64,000 nt of DNA from Bugula neritina (Eukaryota > Animalia > Bryozoa). Below the pieces are notes generated by a model that searched no databases, had not been told where the DNA came from, and saw only the letters and a list, made by a program, of their open reading frames with translations. This document shows, piece by piece, positions 32,400-51,543 of this stretch. The stretch covers positions 15,793,875-15,857,874 of the forward strand of contig OZ037768.1 of NCBI GenBank assembly GCA_964035545.1, in the 5' to 3' direction. The position numbers were made by a program, and so were the translations under genes. How positions within the stretch are numbered: position 1 is the stretch's first letter; each line of letters begins with the position of its first letter.

Positions 32400-33830
32400 G
32401 CCTGACATACTCACAGACTTGAAGTGTACTCTAAGATGGCAAGCACTGATTTACAAAGGTTCATTCGACACATATAGACAGTCAAGACAGTGGTTATCTA
32501 CAAATGTGACACCAATATATGAAGGCAGGACAGCAAATCTCCAAATAATTTCAGGCACATTCCTGACAAGCATTCCCTGTAAAATGATGGAACACATCAT
32601 GCTACATCAACTTAAGGCTTAATAGAAAGCTAGACAGTGTACTTCATCATCAACAATATGATTTTAGAAAAGGGCTGTCTTGTCAGACTTAATTGTGTGC
32701 TACCTACCATGACCTAGTGAAAGCAGCTGACAAGGGACACACTACCCATGCAGTAGTTAAGCTTTTGACAAGGTACTTTACCTTAGGTTGCTTCGGAAAT
32801 TGCAGCAGTCTGGGTATAAATGGATACTTACTCAACTGGATACTTGATTTATTTTCTGGCAGACAGTAGTCTGTTGTACTGCGGAAAGCCAGCTCTCAAA
32901 AGTGCAAGGCAACCTTAGGCGTGCAACAGGGATTTACACTAAAACCAACCTTGTTTTTTGCTATGTTAATAATCTTCCGAATTTGCTGTCTGCAAAGTTA
33001 GCCTCTATGCAGATGATACTCTGGTGTACCAAACTATTAACACCACTAAAGAGGCGGAAGTGCTACAAAATGACAGCAACACTGTCTATCAACGGTAAAA
33101 AAAATAGAAAATGTCGTTCACCAAAAAGAAATTCCAGGTAATTAACTTTAGTAGAGCTACCTCCGAATTCCATTACAAACTCGGTACCACATGCCTTGCA
33201 TGAGCAGAAAACACCAAATGTCTTGGGGGAGGCAAGCGTCTGTCAGGGTTGACAATGCTTGGGGTAACCATTCATCCAGATCTAAGATTTGACCAGCACA
33301 TAGATGAAAAGTGTACTAGGTCCGGGAAAGTCCTTGGAGGGATCAAGCATTTCATGTATGATGCCCCAAAGGAAGCTAGGCTACTGGCTTATACAACTCT
33401 ATGCAGACCTATACTCGAATATGCAGATGTGGTTTGGGATCCTGCGACTAGAAGCAAGGTGCATGATATGGAGCTGGTTTGGAACAGTGGCATGCAGTTC
33501 ATAAACAATTTGGAGGGGTGTACTGGCAGTGTATCTGAGACAAGAAATGAGTTAGGACTCTGGATGCTGAAAGACGAAAAAAATTATGGCTTTGTTTACT
33601 AACCCGGATTCTTCAGAATGAGGATTAGCAACAAACTCTATCCAGAGCCTATGATAAGATTATTGAAGACAGGGAGCTTTTAACTGTAACCGCCCGGGCA
33701 GCTGCAGAGGAGCGCTCACCTCGATGTCGGCTAGGAAAAGCATGCTCCACACTAGTTTTCTGGACAAACAATGTGTGAATAATACAATAAATAATTACAC
33801 AGCAGCAAAACGCAAATCCTAACTCTGGCC
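32400..33830 (+). mobile_element. Degraded non-LTR retrotransposon (LINE) RT region
   Basis: Fragments LTSIPCKMMEHIM, GFRKGLSCQT-like, YADD, LAYTTLCRPILEYADVVWDP, with many frameshifts. Confidence 0.8.
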
Positions 33831-34142
33831 CAAAATAAGTTGATCTCTAGAGGCTCCCTATAGACATTCAAGTTGCTGTGGAAATCTTACTACAACTGCA
33901 GTAATCTGAGGTAATAATCTCAAGGCTGAACGGTTAACCTCTCAAAAACTTTAAGTTCAATCATCAATGTCAATGAACTTGAAGTCGAAGTGATAGATGT
34001 TGTGTTGTTTGACTCGCTATTATTCACCACGAGACTCGTTCAGCTCTGGAATTTTCCTGTTAGCTAGAATTGCAATAAATCATGATAATTATCAGCTTAG
34101 ACTCAACCCATCGTCGTTGTACTCTTACGCACCAATCACACA

Positions 34143-36114
34143 TAATGGCAGCAGACTTCCATTTGGCATATCTAATGGACCAGAGATCTTTTCTCAAGCT
34201 ATATGCAGACTACTAGGCGACATAGAGAATGTCATCTGTCACATGGATGATATTCTAATTCATGGTAAAGATGCAGAAAGCCACGATAAAACCTTGAAGC
34301 TGGTTTTACGCAAACTGGAAGAAGCAGGACTCACATTGAATGAAGACAAGTGTGAGATTGGCCAAGCTCAAGTGAAGCTTTTAGGCCATATCATAGATGC
34401 TGAAGGAGTCAGCCCCGACCCGGATAAAGTTGCATCAATACGTGACTTTCCAGCCCCTACCTGTAAGACAGAGTTGAGACGACTAAATGGCATGCTGAAT
34501 CAGCTAGCTAAGTTTATCCCTCACCTGTCCGAAATCACAGCTCCCATGAGAGAGTTACTGAAAGAAAGTAAGGCTTGGACATGGAGTCAACCTCAAGAGG
34601 AAGCTTTCCAAAAAGTAAAGCAAACACTGATGTCTGCTCAGGTCATAGCACACTATGATCCCAAGCTGAAAACAATCGTTGCCACTGATGCTAGCAACAC
34701 TGGACTTGAAGCTGCTATGTTTCAAATACAAAGAATGGAACAAAGAGGCGAGTATACTATGCATAAAGGTCTTTAACCGCAGTGGAACAAAATTACGCCG
34801 CAATAGAAAAGAAGGCATTGGCAATGGTTTGGGCATGCATGGTTACGCTTATGGGTGTAAAAGACTTGGACCAAGTGCCAGCCAGGATTCTCCGATTGAG
34901 ACTGCGGCTCATGAGGTATGCTTCAAAGGTAGAGTATATCCCAGGGTCTCGCAACCACGTAGCGGATGCTTTGTCGCGAGCACCCTCTGGTCTACCATCT
35001 CGCATAGATGTGATGCTGGTTGAAGAGCTAGAAGCTAGCACTTCCATTATCCCTTCGATAGATACAATGATCGAAGAAATCAAGGAGGCACAACAACTAG
35101 ATGCTGTGTGCCAAGAGGTCCAGAATCTCATCATAAAAGGATGGCCTACATATAAAACAGATGCCCATAGCAGTACACCCTTAATGGGATGTCAAAGGAC
35201 ATTTGACACAATCTAAAGGCCTTCTCTTATATAATCAGCTGCTAGTCATTCCTAGCAACCTAAGACTAAAACTGCTTGACCGCATTTACCAGACTCATCA
35301 AGGAATAGTAAAATGCCAGGCAAGAGCCAGAAGAGCTATCTGGTGGCCGGGAATGTCCAAACAAATAAAGGAAATGATACAAGGGTGTCGACAGTGCAGA
35401 AGTAACTCACCGACGCCAGTAGAGCCTCTGCATCCGTCCACCTTGCCATTTAAACCCTGGATAAAGCTAGGTGCAGACCTGTTTGAGTTCCAGAAAAAGA
35501 ACTCTCTGTTAGTGGTCGATTACCATAGCAGATACATAGAAGTTAGGAGATTGGACTTCCTGTCTTCAGCATTCATTATGGACAAAGTTAAATCCATCTT
35601 CTCAACACCTGGAATTCCCGAGGTAGTCATTTCTGACAATGGACCTCAGTTCAGCTCTAGGGAGTTCCAAGAATTCGCCAAGAGTTATGGTTTTCAACAC
35701 GTGACCAACTCTCCAAAATATCCAAAGGCCAATGGCAAAGCTGAGAGAGCAGTAGGAACAGTAAAGCGTCTGTGGAGCAAAACTACAGATCCATACCTAA
35801 GTTTACTAACCTATAGAGCTACTCCACTCGAAAACGGATTCACTGCTTCAGAACTCTTGATGAACAGGCTACCTCGAACTACTCTACCCTCAATGCCTGA
35901 AACTCGAGTAGTTCACAAGCCGCCAAAAATTGCTGAGAAGGAACAACACATAAATCTAAGGACCATGAATAACTACAACCAACGGCACAAAGCCACTCTG
36001 TTGCCTGAACTTTCTCAAAGTTCACCCGTCTATGTCAGAGACACTAAGAAACAGGGCACAGTTCTGGCAAGTGTAGCTCCACACTCATACACAGTTAAAA
36101 CTGAAACAGGAGTT
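34143..36114 (+). mobile_element. Internal Gypsy (Mag/K02A2.6-like) pol fragment: partial RT, RNase H, integrase
   Basis: RLPFGISNGPEIF, HMDD, TDAS, H..HQG...C..C, SDNGPQF, NGKAERAV. Frameshifted, no LTRs. Confidence 0.88.
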
Positions 36115-37572
36115 ATTGTTGTTGTACTCTTGCGCACCAATCACACAATAGACAGGTTATAGACCCAGACCTATCAGTCTGTCACTATCACTATGGAATG
36201 CCATTGATGTACCATAAAATTAAATATAATTAATGCTTATATGTTTTATCTATTATATCATTATTCATTATTAATATGATTATTTATTGCTAAAAGTATA
36301 CTATACCTATAACTAAAACTTGTAAGCTATAACTAAAAGTAAAACTAAATATAAGAGTTAAGATTAACTTAAAGTGCAACGGTTGAACTGTTTTTTGATA
36401 ATATTATTAGTATTAAAATATATCCAATATTAATATAAACTTGAAATTCAATTTCAACATTTGATTTATAAATTAAACTTATATCATTATATTTTTTTAT
36501 TAATTTAATTTTATATTTAATTTATCGATTGATGAAATTGATTACCATTATTCTAGTTTTAAAAGTAAATCATTATCATTATGATGATGCAATATCATGA
36601 ATACCTTTATCATAATGATAGTCAGCAATTTTAAACAATAAAACACAATCGCATGACTAAACTATTACATTTACTATAACTATAACTCAGTATAAGTATA
36701 ACTATCGAGTTACTTTTAGATTTTTTGTAAACTCATATGTAGCAAGTTGGCAAAACTGATAATGCATTTCACCCTTCGAGTGTTCATGATATAACTGGGG
36801 TTATAGTTCAATACTGATATTATAGTCGAAACTCAATAATTATTCTACCTTCTGAAGGAGACTGCAACCATTGAACTATAATAGTTTCAGTTCAGTGACT
36901 GCAACAATTTCTCTTTGAAGTTACCGAGACCACTTCAAAATAGAAGACAATTCCCAACTTGTTTACGCAACGATGAAACTACGTTTTATTGGGCATTTAC
37001 TTTCAGAACCAAAAATTATAAAAATTACTAAATACTCAAGAAGTTCTATACGACTCTTGAGTTGCGTACAAAAATGGATTACATTGTAAAGAAATACTTT
37101 TGTTCAAAGGATTATTTGGTCACACCAGTAACCTTGCCAATTATCAGCAAATCTACATATATTATTTTATCTTCATTTTCTCACACCCAAGCCCTATGAA
37201 AGCAATGAGAAGCAAATGTTGCAGCTGGCTTGTGAAGTGTAATGTCTTATGTCCAATGCTTATTTGTATTAAACTGGAACTGCTAAAATTAACACAAGCT
37301 ACAAACACAGTAGACTTTTGACACCAAATAATTTATTTACCTATTCTTGAACACAATGTGTTGAACCAGCTCACAAAAAAATGTACATTCAGCTACATTC
37401 ATCATCTCTTCGGAAGTACAAGTATTTTATAAAAAGAAAACCATACTATTCAAATGTTGACATGAGCAATGGACGCTATGAGTTCAAATACAACGGAACA
37501 ATTAGATGGAAAAGATGAGGCCAAAGAATCTGCTCTGATCAACAGTCACTAATTTTAAATTTCCATCAATAA

Positions 37573-43137
<5,565 letters not shown>

Positions 43138-44689
43138 TTTTATTTCAAGAAAATACTTATGCAGAAAATTACTTCTTGCTGCACACCGGCAAACAGCAAA
43201 TGTCGGATATGAACGTCGGCGAATGAAATGCCGGTATTTTCATGCACGCACCTTTAAAGTTTTTTTTCTTGTAATAGTTAATTTAAAATTTTACAAATTT
43301 AAATATTACTGTTTCTAAAAAAAAAATTTATACGTAATTTGATTTTATTCACATTTATAAAAGGGTGAAAGCAGTTCGAATAAAACTTAAATTTAGAGTT
43401 ATCTTCCACAATAATTCGAAGAGAAAACTCTAATGTGTTATATTTCTGGCAGTCCGCAGTTGGTGCCGAACGGCTAATTTCTTTCTGGAGTTATCGTTTT
43501 AAAAGCAGAAAAGTCTGGATTGATTAGATCAATCTCTGAATAGATCACGTGCACGAATAAAAATAATATTGGGTAAAAAATGTACGAAAGCTTTTGCAAT
43601 GATGCAACAAAGTATGTTATATAGGTTAAGGGAGGCCAGTCAAAAAGTATATAGAAAAATAAAAGTAACATATAATAATAATAGCAACACACAAATAAAA
43701 GCATAACAAATAACGATAGTAAAGTACAGTGGAAAGAGCCGTACCAAAGAGTGTTACACAGAAATTTGATAGCTGTAGTGATTATAGCAGCAATATGCAG
43801 AAGCACGTATGGCAGAACAGTATATTACTGCAGCAAAGTGTAGTTAGCTTGTATTTTTTCAGATGCCATCCATTATTGTGGGTAAATTATTATTTCTCAG
43901 CATGTGGTCTTCTACAATTAATTTGTAGTTAACTATCATTGCTGCCGATTGAAATTAATCAATTAAACATTATCGTTGGATGATCTTAGGTAACACATGT
44001 GATTGCTGGAATTGTACCATTCAAGTTGTTGCTTTATTGAAGCACTCGGAACCACTGAACTGAAACTATAGTTCAATGCTCGGAACAGCTAAAAACAGCT
44101 ACATCAGTCAACCCGGCGGGCATGCTCTCGGTGAACAAGAGTTGTCTACTTAATGAAGAAATCTAGGCCACTGAGCTGGAATAGAATAATATTATTATTG
44201 AGCTCATTGCTCTAGGCTTTAATAACAGTGATTATGTAACTGCTGGCAATAAAATATTTCTATAAGCAGTTTCAAGTTAGGGGTTAACGAGTGTAATAGT
44301 TTGAATTTCTCACGTTTATAGTTGGGGTTCCAATTTAAATCCTCAACTCCAAATTCGAGAATACTAAATTACTGCACGTATATCATTCTACTTGGAGCTG
44401 CTTATCGAATAAGAATAATTTTGATTCAAGCTACATCACGAGACTTGGCGACGGAAAACTTATGCTCTCAAACGACACTCGCACTTGCATTCGTACAGTG
44501 TACCATTATTATTATTGTAAGCTCCTCACGGACAGCCTAAGCCTTAGTTATTATTATAAATAAAATATTATGTTCTAATGACTATGAGTAATGACTAAGC
44601 ATATTGATATTGATATTGTAATTGTAGTTAAATTTAATTTCGATATAATTATAAATATATCAATATGAATATGAATATGCTTGTACTTG

Positions 44690-45010
44690 AACTACTTGTA
44701 GTTGTAGTACTACTACTAGTTGTAGTAATACTAATAGTAATACTATTAGTAATAGTATTACTAATACTAAGACTAATAGTATAAGTATTACTATTAGTAT
44801 TAGTATTACGTTTACTATTAATATTATATTACTATTAGTATTACTATTAGTATAGGTATTACTATAACTATCACTATGTCTATTGGATTTAGTTATACTA
44901 ATAGTAATAGTAATAGTAATAGACTAATACTATAGTAATATTAATAGTAATACTACTAATACTATTAGTATTAGAGTATTACTACTACTAATACTAATAG
45001 TAATGATAAT
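44690..45010. repeat. Low-complexity (TAG/TAA/TAC) repeat tract
   Basis: Direct observation; similar tracts continue to about 45860. Confidence 0.75.
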
Positions 45011-45919
45011 ACTTTAAAATTAATTGTTACTGTTAGAGCGATTTACTCATACAGTGATACTAGTCTAAGTCATAGTGATAGTCGGTTACTTTTAGTTTTA
45101 ATTTTCACTTTGTCACTCTGAGTCTCGGTCTGACTCATAGACTAACACTAACAGTAAGTGTAATTCCTAGAAATTTGCTTTAAAATTAAGTTTAACTTCA
45201 ACACTTGCGGTTACAGTTAGTGCTACGGCTACGCGTAGCTTGCGGGACTGACCATTATTTTTCTTTCAGTTTTCTAGTTTATTTATATTATTATTATTAT
45301 AATTATAATTATGATAATGATGGTCAAATGATTTAGGCTTTAAAGTTAAACCTAATTCTTGAACTTTTAGTTTGTTTCTAATCACATGTTTACTCTAAGT
45401 CTAATCCTTACTCTTAGTCTGCTCCTACCGTTTACGAACAGTAACACTATATACGAGTAGTAGGAGTACTATGTGAGTATATCTATTAGTATAAGTATTA
45501 ATTTAAATTAAAGTATAATAGTAGTACTTATAGTTATTAATATATTTATACTAAGACCTAAGAGTAAGTCTAATGGTAGTACTAATGGTGTTAGCTTAAT
45601 AAATCAGTATGACTATGAGTACGAATACTTTAATACTATTGGTATTAGTAATAATAATATCTATAATTATACTAATAGCAGTAGTAATATTAATAGTAAT
45701 ACCAATACTGATAATGATAGTATTATTGTAGTAGCAATACGAATAGTGATACTAATAGTATTACTTATACTTATACTCGTACTCATACGGTAAGAGTAAT
45801 ATTTTATTACTAATACTTCAACTTGAGCAGTTGAAGTTTTTTAAATAATAGTAATGGTAATACTCGTAGTTGGCGTCCTGCTGTCTGAAGATAATTATAT
45901 ATGATAGCTGGGACAGAGT

Positions 45920-46850
45920 CATATTTGGTTGTTGCATCTCCTTGTAGACATATGGCTATGGAAGCCAATAGGGGTATGGCAGTCTTTACTGCAGAGAGTG
46001 AGACTACATATGTGCATTACTGCTACCTGTACTTCGGAGCTGGATTTGCAGTTAGATCTTTTTTCATCAGGTAGTTAGTTTGGTTCGGCTCCGCTTGTCT
46101 GGTGATGCTCTGTAATGCAGACCAACAGGAGACCCGGGGTTCCAGGAGGTTTTCCCATGAGTGTGTATGAATTCCAGCGCTTTTAAAGTTCCTTTTGCAA
46201 GTGTCCTTAAAGCGTAATTACCCAAGAGCTTAGAATCTTTTGAAAGCTCTCCATGCAACAAGTCTTTGGGGATCAGGCCAAGCCAGCCAGCTAAGATGTC
46301 GCTGGCTCAGAAGAGTAAACATTGGCGACAGTTCAGCAGGTTGCAGATCCAATTATTGGGTGCCATTTGGTTCTGAGTATGTGTCTCACAGTGGAGATGA
46401 AGGCTATTTAATCGCATTTTCTGTGTGGCATAGAATATCCTATTTTTGCTGGAGTAGAGTGGTATGAACAATACACATGCTCTGTATACACTTATTTTGT
46501 TGTTCACAGACAAGTTGCTGTTTTGCCCATAGTCTCTTGTGTAGCTTGAATTTTTCTTCGAAAATTTTGGCAATGTTTGAATGCTCTCAGGCTCAAGAGA
46601 GAGGTTTCCGCTGATGGTAGACCCAATACTGAAATTTGTCAACTGTGTTGAGCTTCTGACTTCCTATGCAGATGCTTGATATAAGTCAGTAAATATAATG
46701 TTCCAACACTTAAGTTTTCTTTATGCTAATGGTTAGGTCATAGTCGCCACATGTAGGAGCTAGGTGGTCGATTAGTGTTTAAAGTGTTTTTTTGTGTTTG
46801 TCACTATAGCAGCATCATCAACAAAAGGAGACTCCCTTGCCCCAGCTCAT
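45920..46850 (-). mobile_element. Degraded RTE-clade LINE, 3' part
   Basis: LLFVDDAAIV, KISVYRACVL..LYS, LHGELS and a terminal C..C...IG..SH-like motif, scattered over several frames. Confidence 0.75.
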
Positions 46851-47592
46851 AATTTGGCCAAATTTGAAACCTACCTTTGGACCTTGTTTGTAAGTTTATT
46901 CCCTTCATTGTTCTTGAAGGCATAGTAAATAAGTAGTAATACTAATGGTGGTTCATATTGATATCTATGCCTATAACTACAGTCATAGGCAGTGGTCGAG
47001 GTCTGGAGAAAATAGTGGAGTTTGGGGTTAGGAAGGCTAAAAATTTGACCTCTGATTTTAATGCCTAAGATGCCATGGGGCCTCAACTTCTCCAATCAGT
47101 ATTATGCAAGTAGAATACTAAGGAAAAGCAGTAAAGTATTGTCTTACACAATCAATTTTTTTCAATTTTTCGTCTTATTTCAGACTGCAATTTCAATTAT
47201 TTTCAGGGCAAAATAAACTAAAAAAATAAATGTTGTATCAACTGTCAGGTTTAAAAATAAAACATGAATATAATCTCTTGGGTGTTTTATCTGTACAAGC
47301 ATAAAGGCATCAAGAAAATCACCTAGAGTATTTTAGTATTCACTTGTTTAATATAATTGGATCATTTTACTTTGTTTAGTACACATCAGCAATTTCGGAC
47401 CAAAACTTAAAATTTTGCTCAAACTTCATGAAAATTTACTATATGAGGTAATGTTATGTGCTGATTCTAACTATGCATAGCAAACAAAGGCTGGGAAAAA
47501 GGCCTGCAACATTAAAGCAATGTCATTGCCATGTTATTTAAATTAGTTTATGCGGACTGTGATGGTCCTTTCGTCATGCTCTGCAACTCTCC

Positions 47593-48538
47593 ATAGACCC
47601 TTTCCAGAGGACCCTGATATTCCCTTTACCATTAAGAGTTGTGCCTTGCCAAAGTGAATAGGTTGAACCTTTGCATAAAGAGCAAACTCATTAAAAATTC
47701 AGAGTTTGGCTGCTACGTAAAAGTCTAATTATGCTATAGAATTGTTCTTTTAGAAGGTGGATATTGTAGTAAACTGTGGGTTATGAATGCAACTAGTGCC
47801 TGAACATACTCTTTGTGTTAGAGAAAATAAGCCAAGTATTTGAGTACGAATGAAGATAACTTTATTAGCATCAAATACAGCTTATGTGGTCCTACTACCA
47901 GCGAGCTCCAGTAGTAGTCTGAACTATTACTGGAAACTCGCCTGCTTTTATACACAAGAATTCACATCTAAAATGTTCCAACAGACAAAAGAAAGTTAAG
48001 CTTGACAGAAACAAAGAAAAGTAGACAAAGGAAAACGAATAATTCAATAGGCCAACCTATTGAAGGTATTCATAAAAGCCACACAAATTTCCAGTATCAG
48101 TATTAATGCAAAACGATAAAATAGCAAAAAGAGGAAATAACTCTGGAATGCGTATTTCATGAAAATTACATTATACTGAAAGCTTTAACAACAATCACAA
48201 TAATAAGGCATTAGAAAGCTAGCCCAACTTAGCTACAATTACAGCATTCAAAACATACGCAACAGTAATTATAGTAATGAGGATGAGAATCCATTACAAT
48301 ATTTTGGTATAAGCACACATTAGCAGTTCAAAAAAAAGTTTTTAAAATATTTCTTCATGGAGAATTTTGAAGAAAATAAACTTGAAAGCAATTGTGTGTT
48401 TTTGGTTACTTTAGCATTGTTCAGCAACGAAAACTACTAAAAATGACTTCAAGTTTATTTTGTTCAGCCATTTTCATTTTGGGAAGACACAACTCTTAAT
48501 CGTAAGAGGGACATTGAGGACCTCTGAAAAGGGTCTAT
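47593..48538. mobile_element. Non-autonomous DNA transposon (MITE) with about 75-bp imperfect TIRs
   Basis: ATAGACCCTTTCCAGAGG...ATTAAGAGTTGTG...TGAAC is mirrored at about 48462-48538. Confidence 0.8.
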
Positions 48539-48712
48539 TCACTTGATCAGAAAAAACCATGAATACTGTAAATTGGCACAATAATTGAAATATCTTCAAT
48601 TCTGTTCCTAATGTTTTTCATCTGCATACAATTATTTTTTACGCTATATTTATTTTAATATAATTTCAAGACTTGGCATTTTTTCAACTGAACGGTGACA
48701 TATATTAACAAT

Positions 48713-50740
48713 AGTAGGGGAAGGCGGGGCAAGTTGGGTCAAAAATTGGTTTTTTTAATATTGTGGCCGATCTAAGCATGTAAATATCAAACTGTTTGTC
48801 ATATAGATAGATTAACACGTTATCTGCAATAGCCCAATTTTATTTTGAGGCAACACCAACATTTAGTCAGCTGACCCAACTTACCCCGCATGAGGGGTAA
48901 GTTGGGTCACCACCAAAAACAAATGGGGCAAGTTGGGTCGCTATTTCATTACTATGGCATCTAACATCTCACTGAAATAAATTCAGTTTATTAATGTTCA
49001 TTAGGTCTAAGTAATGATTAACAGCATATTAGTTTGTGAAAAACACACAAAGTTTGTAACGTAGGCCCCCAGTCATCATTTAAGTTAGCGAGATTATTTG
49101 AGTTTAGACTCTGGGAATAGACGAAGAAGTAAACCAAATCTGCTTGGGGCTATTATTTTTATTTAATAAAGGCATCAAGAAAACTAACTCGACTCAAAGC
49201 CCATGCCATCTAGTTTGTTGCCAAAACTAACACAGCCTATAGTTCGAACAGTTGTTCCATTTGAGACAGGTGTCCCCAGCACTCTAACAATTTGCTCAGC
49301 CTCTACTGTATATATGTCTGGCTATGATGGCTTAGAGAATGTGCCCTGTGGAGTCTTTTTGTTAAAGTCCAATCTCCTTCATCCTTGCCAACCACCATTC
49401 CAACAAAACCTATGAATGAACATTTTCCTTTGTATTTTGTCACCACAAACGCCCCTTCTTCTACATCTGCCACATCCTGTTCTTCTGCTTCCGCCTCGGA
49501 TGGTGAATCGCTGTCTGTCTCTAGTGGAACTATATGGTTCTGCTCATCTTCTTCACTGCAGGATTCTGGCTCTTTCTGTATAGGCCTACGCTTAGGTCAT
49601 TCCTTTCCTTTATTCAACTTGTCTGCTCATTCGTGTTTGATTCTTTCTTTCTCTGGCGTGCCTGTCAGTATAGCGGTCTTTACCCGCTTTCTTCTGGGTG
49701 CTCCATCTTTGCGTAGAGCAGCTTTGGGTAAGAGAAGAATATCTTGATTGGTAATAGGCTGCTTAGAGCTAGCCACCACCAGTGAAGTAGAAGTATCCTG
49801 AGAGGTAGCCCCTGCCAATTAACCAGAAGTACTAGGCGTGCTTGGATTGTAGATTGGAATCTGGAATAAAGATGGCTGAGATGAACCTGGCTAAGTTGAA
49901 TTAGATCATCTTGCTCATTGATCACTCTTTGAGGTTTGTACGTAGCATCGGTTGAAACATAGTCGGCGACGGTAAATATGCCTGCTTTTGATGAGAATAT
50001 GCCAGGTGAGCGAAAGCCCGATGTTATATTGGCAACAGTCATGTTTTGCCCAAATGCTCGCTCTGTTAGGGCGCCAATGTCTTGAACTTTTATGCTCCTG
50101 TTCAGATAGGTTATCATTAAGTTATTCATTGCCTTGTTAGAGTATGTTTTCATTAGACCGAAAACAGTTCTATCCATGGACTGTAATCGGTGTAAAGTAT
50201 GTGGTGGCAAGGTGAGTAGAACAACTCCTGATTCTTTAGCAAGAGTTACAGACTCTAAGGATATATGTGATCTGCAACAATAAATTTACCTTAACACCAT
50301 GTTTAGTGACTCGGGGCAAGTTGGCCTACTGACCCAACTAGCCCCAAAATTTTGACCCGACTTGCCCCATTGGCAGCAATTTTGTAAAGCATGTAATTTT
50401 TGCATGAAAAATTTAATTTAGAAAGTTTTTTAATTCACCAAATATAAGCTAACTACTTAAGCATTCATGACACAAAACATCAGCACTCTATCCTCATACT
50501 AAATGACAAAGTTTTGGTCTACTGTTTTGGTGAACAGAATATCAAATGAAGCAAAAATATTGATATTGGCCAATATTTCACTCACCTCTTTTTCGATAGT
50601 GTTGTTGGAGTAGCAGGAAGTTATTTTAGTTTGGCCTTTACTTTTTGACCTAACCATTCAGTTTCCTAGCATTACAGTTTTTGAGAAAATGGCCTGACCC
50701 AACTTGCCCCTTGACCCAACTTACCCCAGCTTCCCCTACT
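48713..50740 (-). mobile_element. pogo/Tigger-like (Tc1-mariner superfamily) transposon, internally deleted
   Basis: TIRs AGTAGGGGAAG..GGG(C/T)AAGTTGGGTCA, many subterminal GGGGCAAGTTGGGTC copies, TA at the right flank, DDE_1 remnant SHISLESVTLAKESGVVLLTLPPHTLHRLQSMDRTVF. Confidence 0.85.
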
Positions 50741-51543
50741 TAGTGACAGTAAGTCATACTTGAGAAGTAATAACTGTAACTGTTGTTCTAAAATTGTGAA
50801 AGCAAATATTTATTATAAACCTAAATGATTATATTATTATTGATTAAAACTTAATGCTATAATATTGACAAAATATTATTTAAACATTTTTAATGTCATT
50901 TCACAACCTAGCCAATTGTAGACTTGTAGTAGATGAAACTGCCAATACTTAATTCAAATTTTCACTTCAGCTAAAACTCATGTAAGTTTTTTTGATTAAA
51001 AAAACTTGCTCGAGTTCTGTTTTATTTAATCTAATTTAATCATACACTAGCAAATTTTTTTTACAATCTTACTATGGCATTGCATGTAAAATGTAATGCA
51101 TAATATTATTTATTATCTTTTATTCTATATTGCTTAATTTGGTTATTGCTAAACTATATGGTATAAATACTATTAAAATCTTTAAATATAAAAGTTTTCA
51201 TATTATATTATATGCAGAACTAGTAAATATTTAAGTCTGAAATGATATCGGAAACTTATAATTATGAAATCATTATGTGTAAGAAGAATGATGTAAACAG
51301 ATTAATTGAATGGAAAATGTCAATAAACTGACACTATTGGTGAATTTTATAATATGAAGCACAGCTACTGTATACTATAATTCTATAAGCTACAATTTCT
51401 AAAATAATCTCAGTGGTTCAGACAGTATAAGCAACAAAAATATAGAAGTCAGTTTTTCTTGCACATTTTTTTAAAAACTTGCCCTGCTATCTTTCTAGGT
51501 GGTGTCGCAGTATAGCTGCACTTTGTTGGTGATTGTCTAAATA

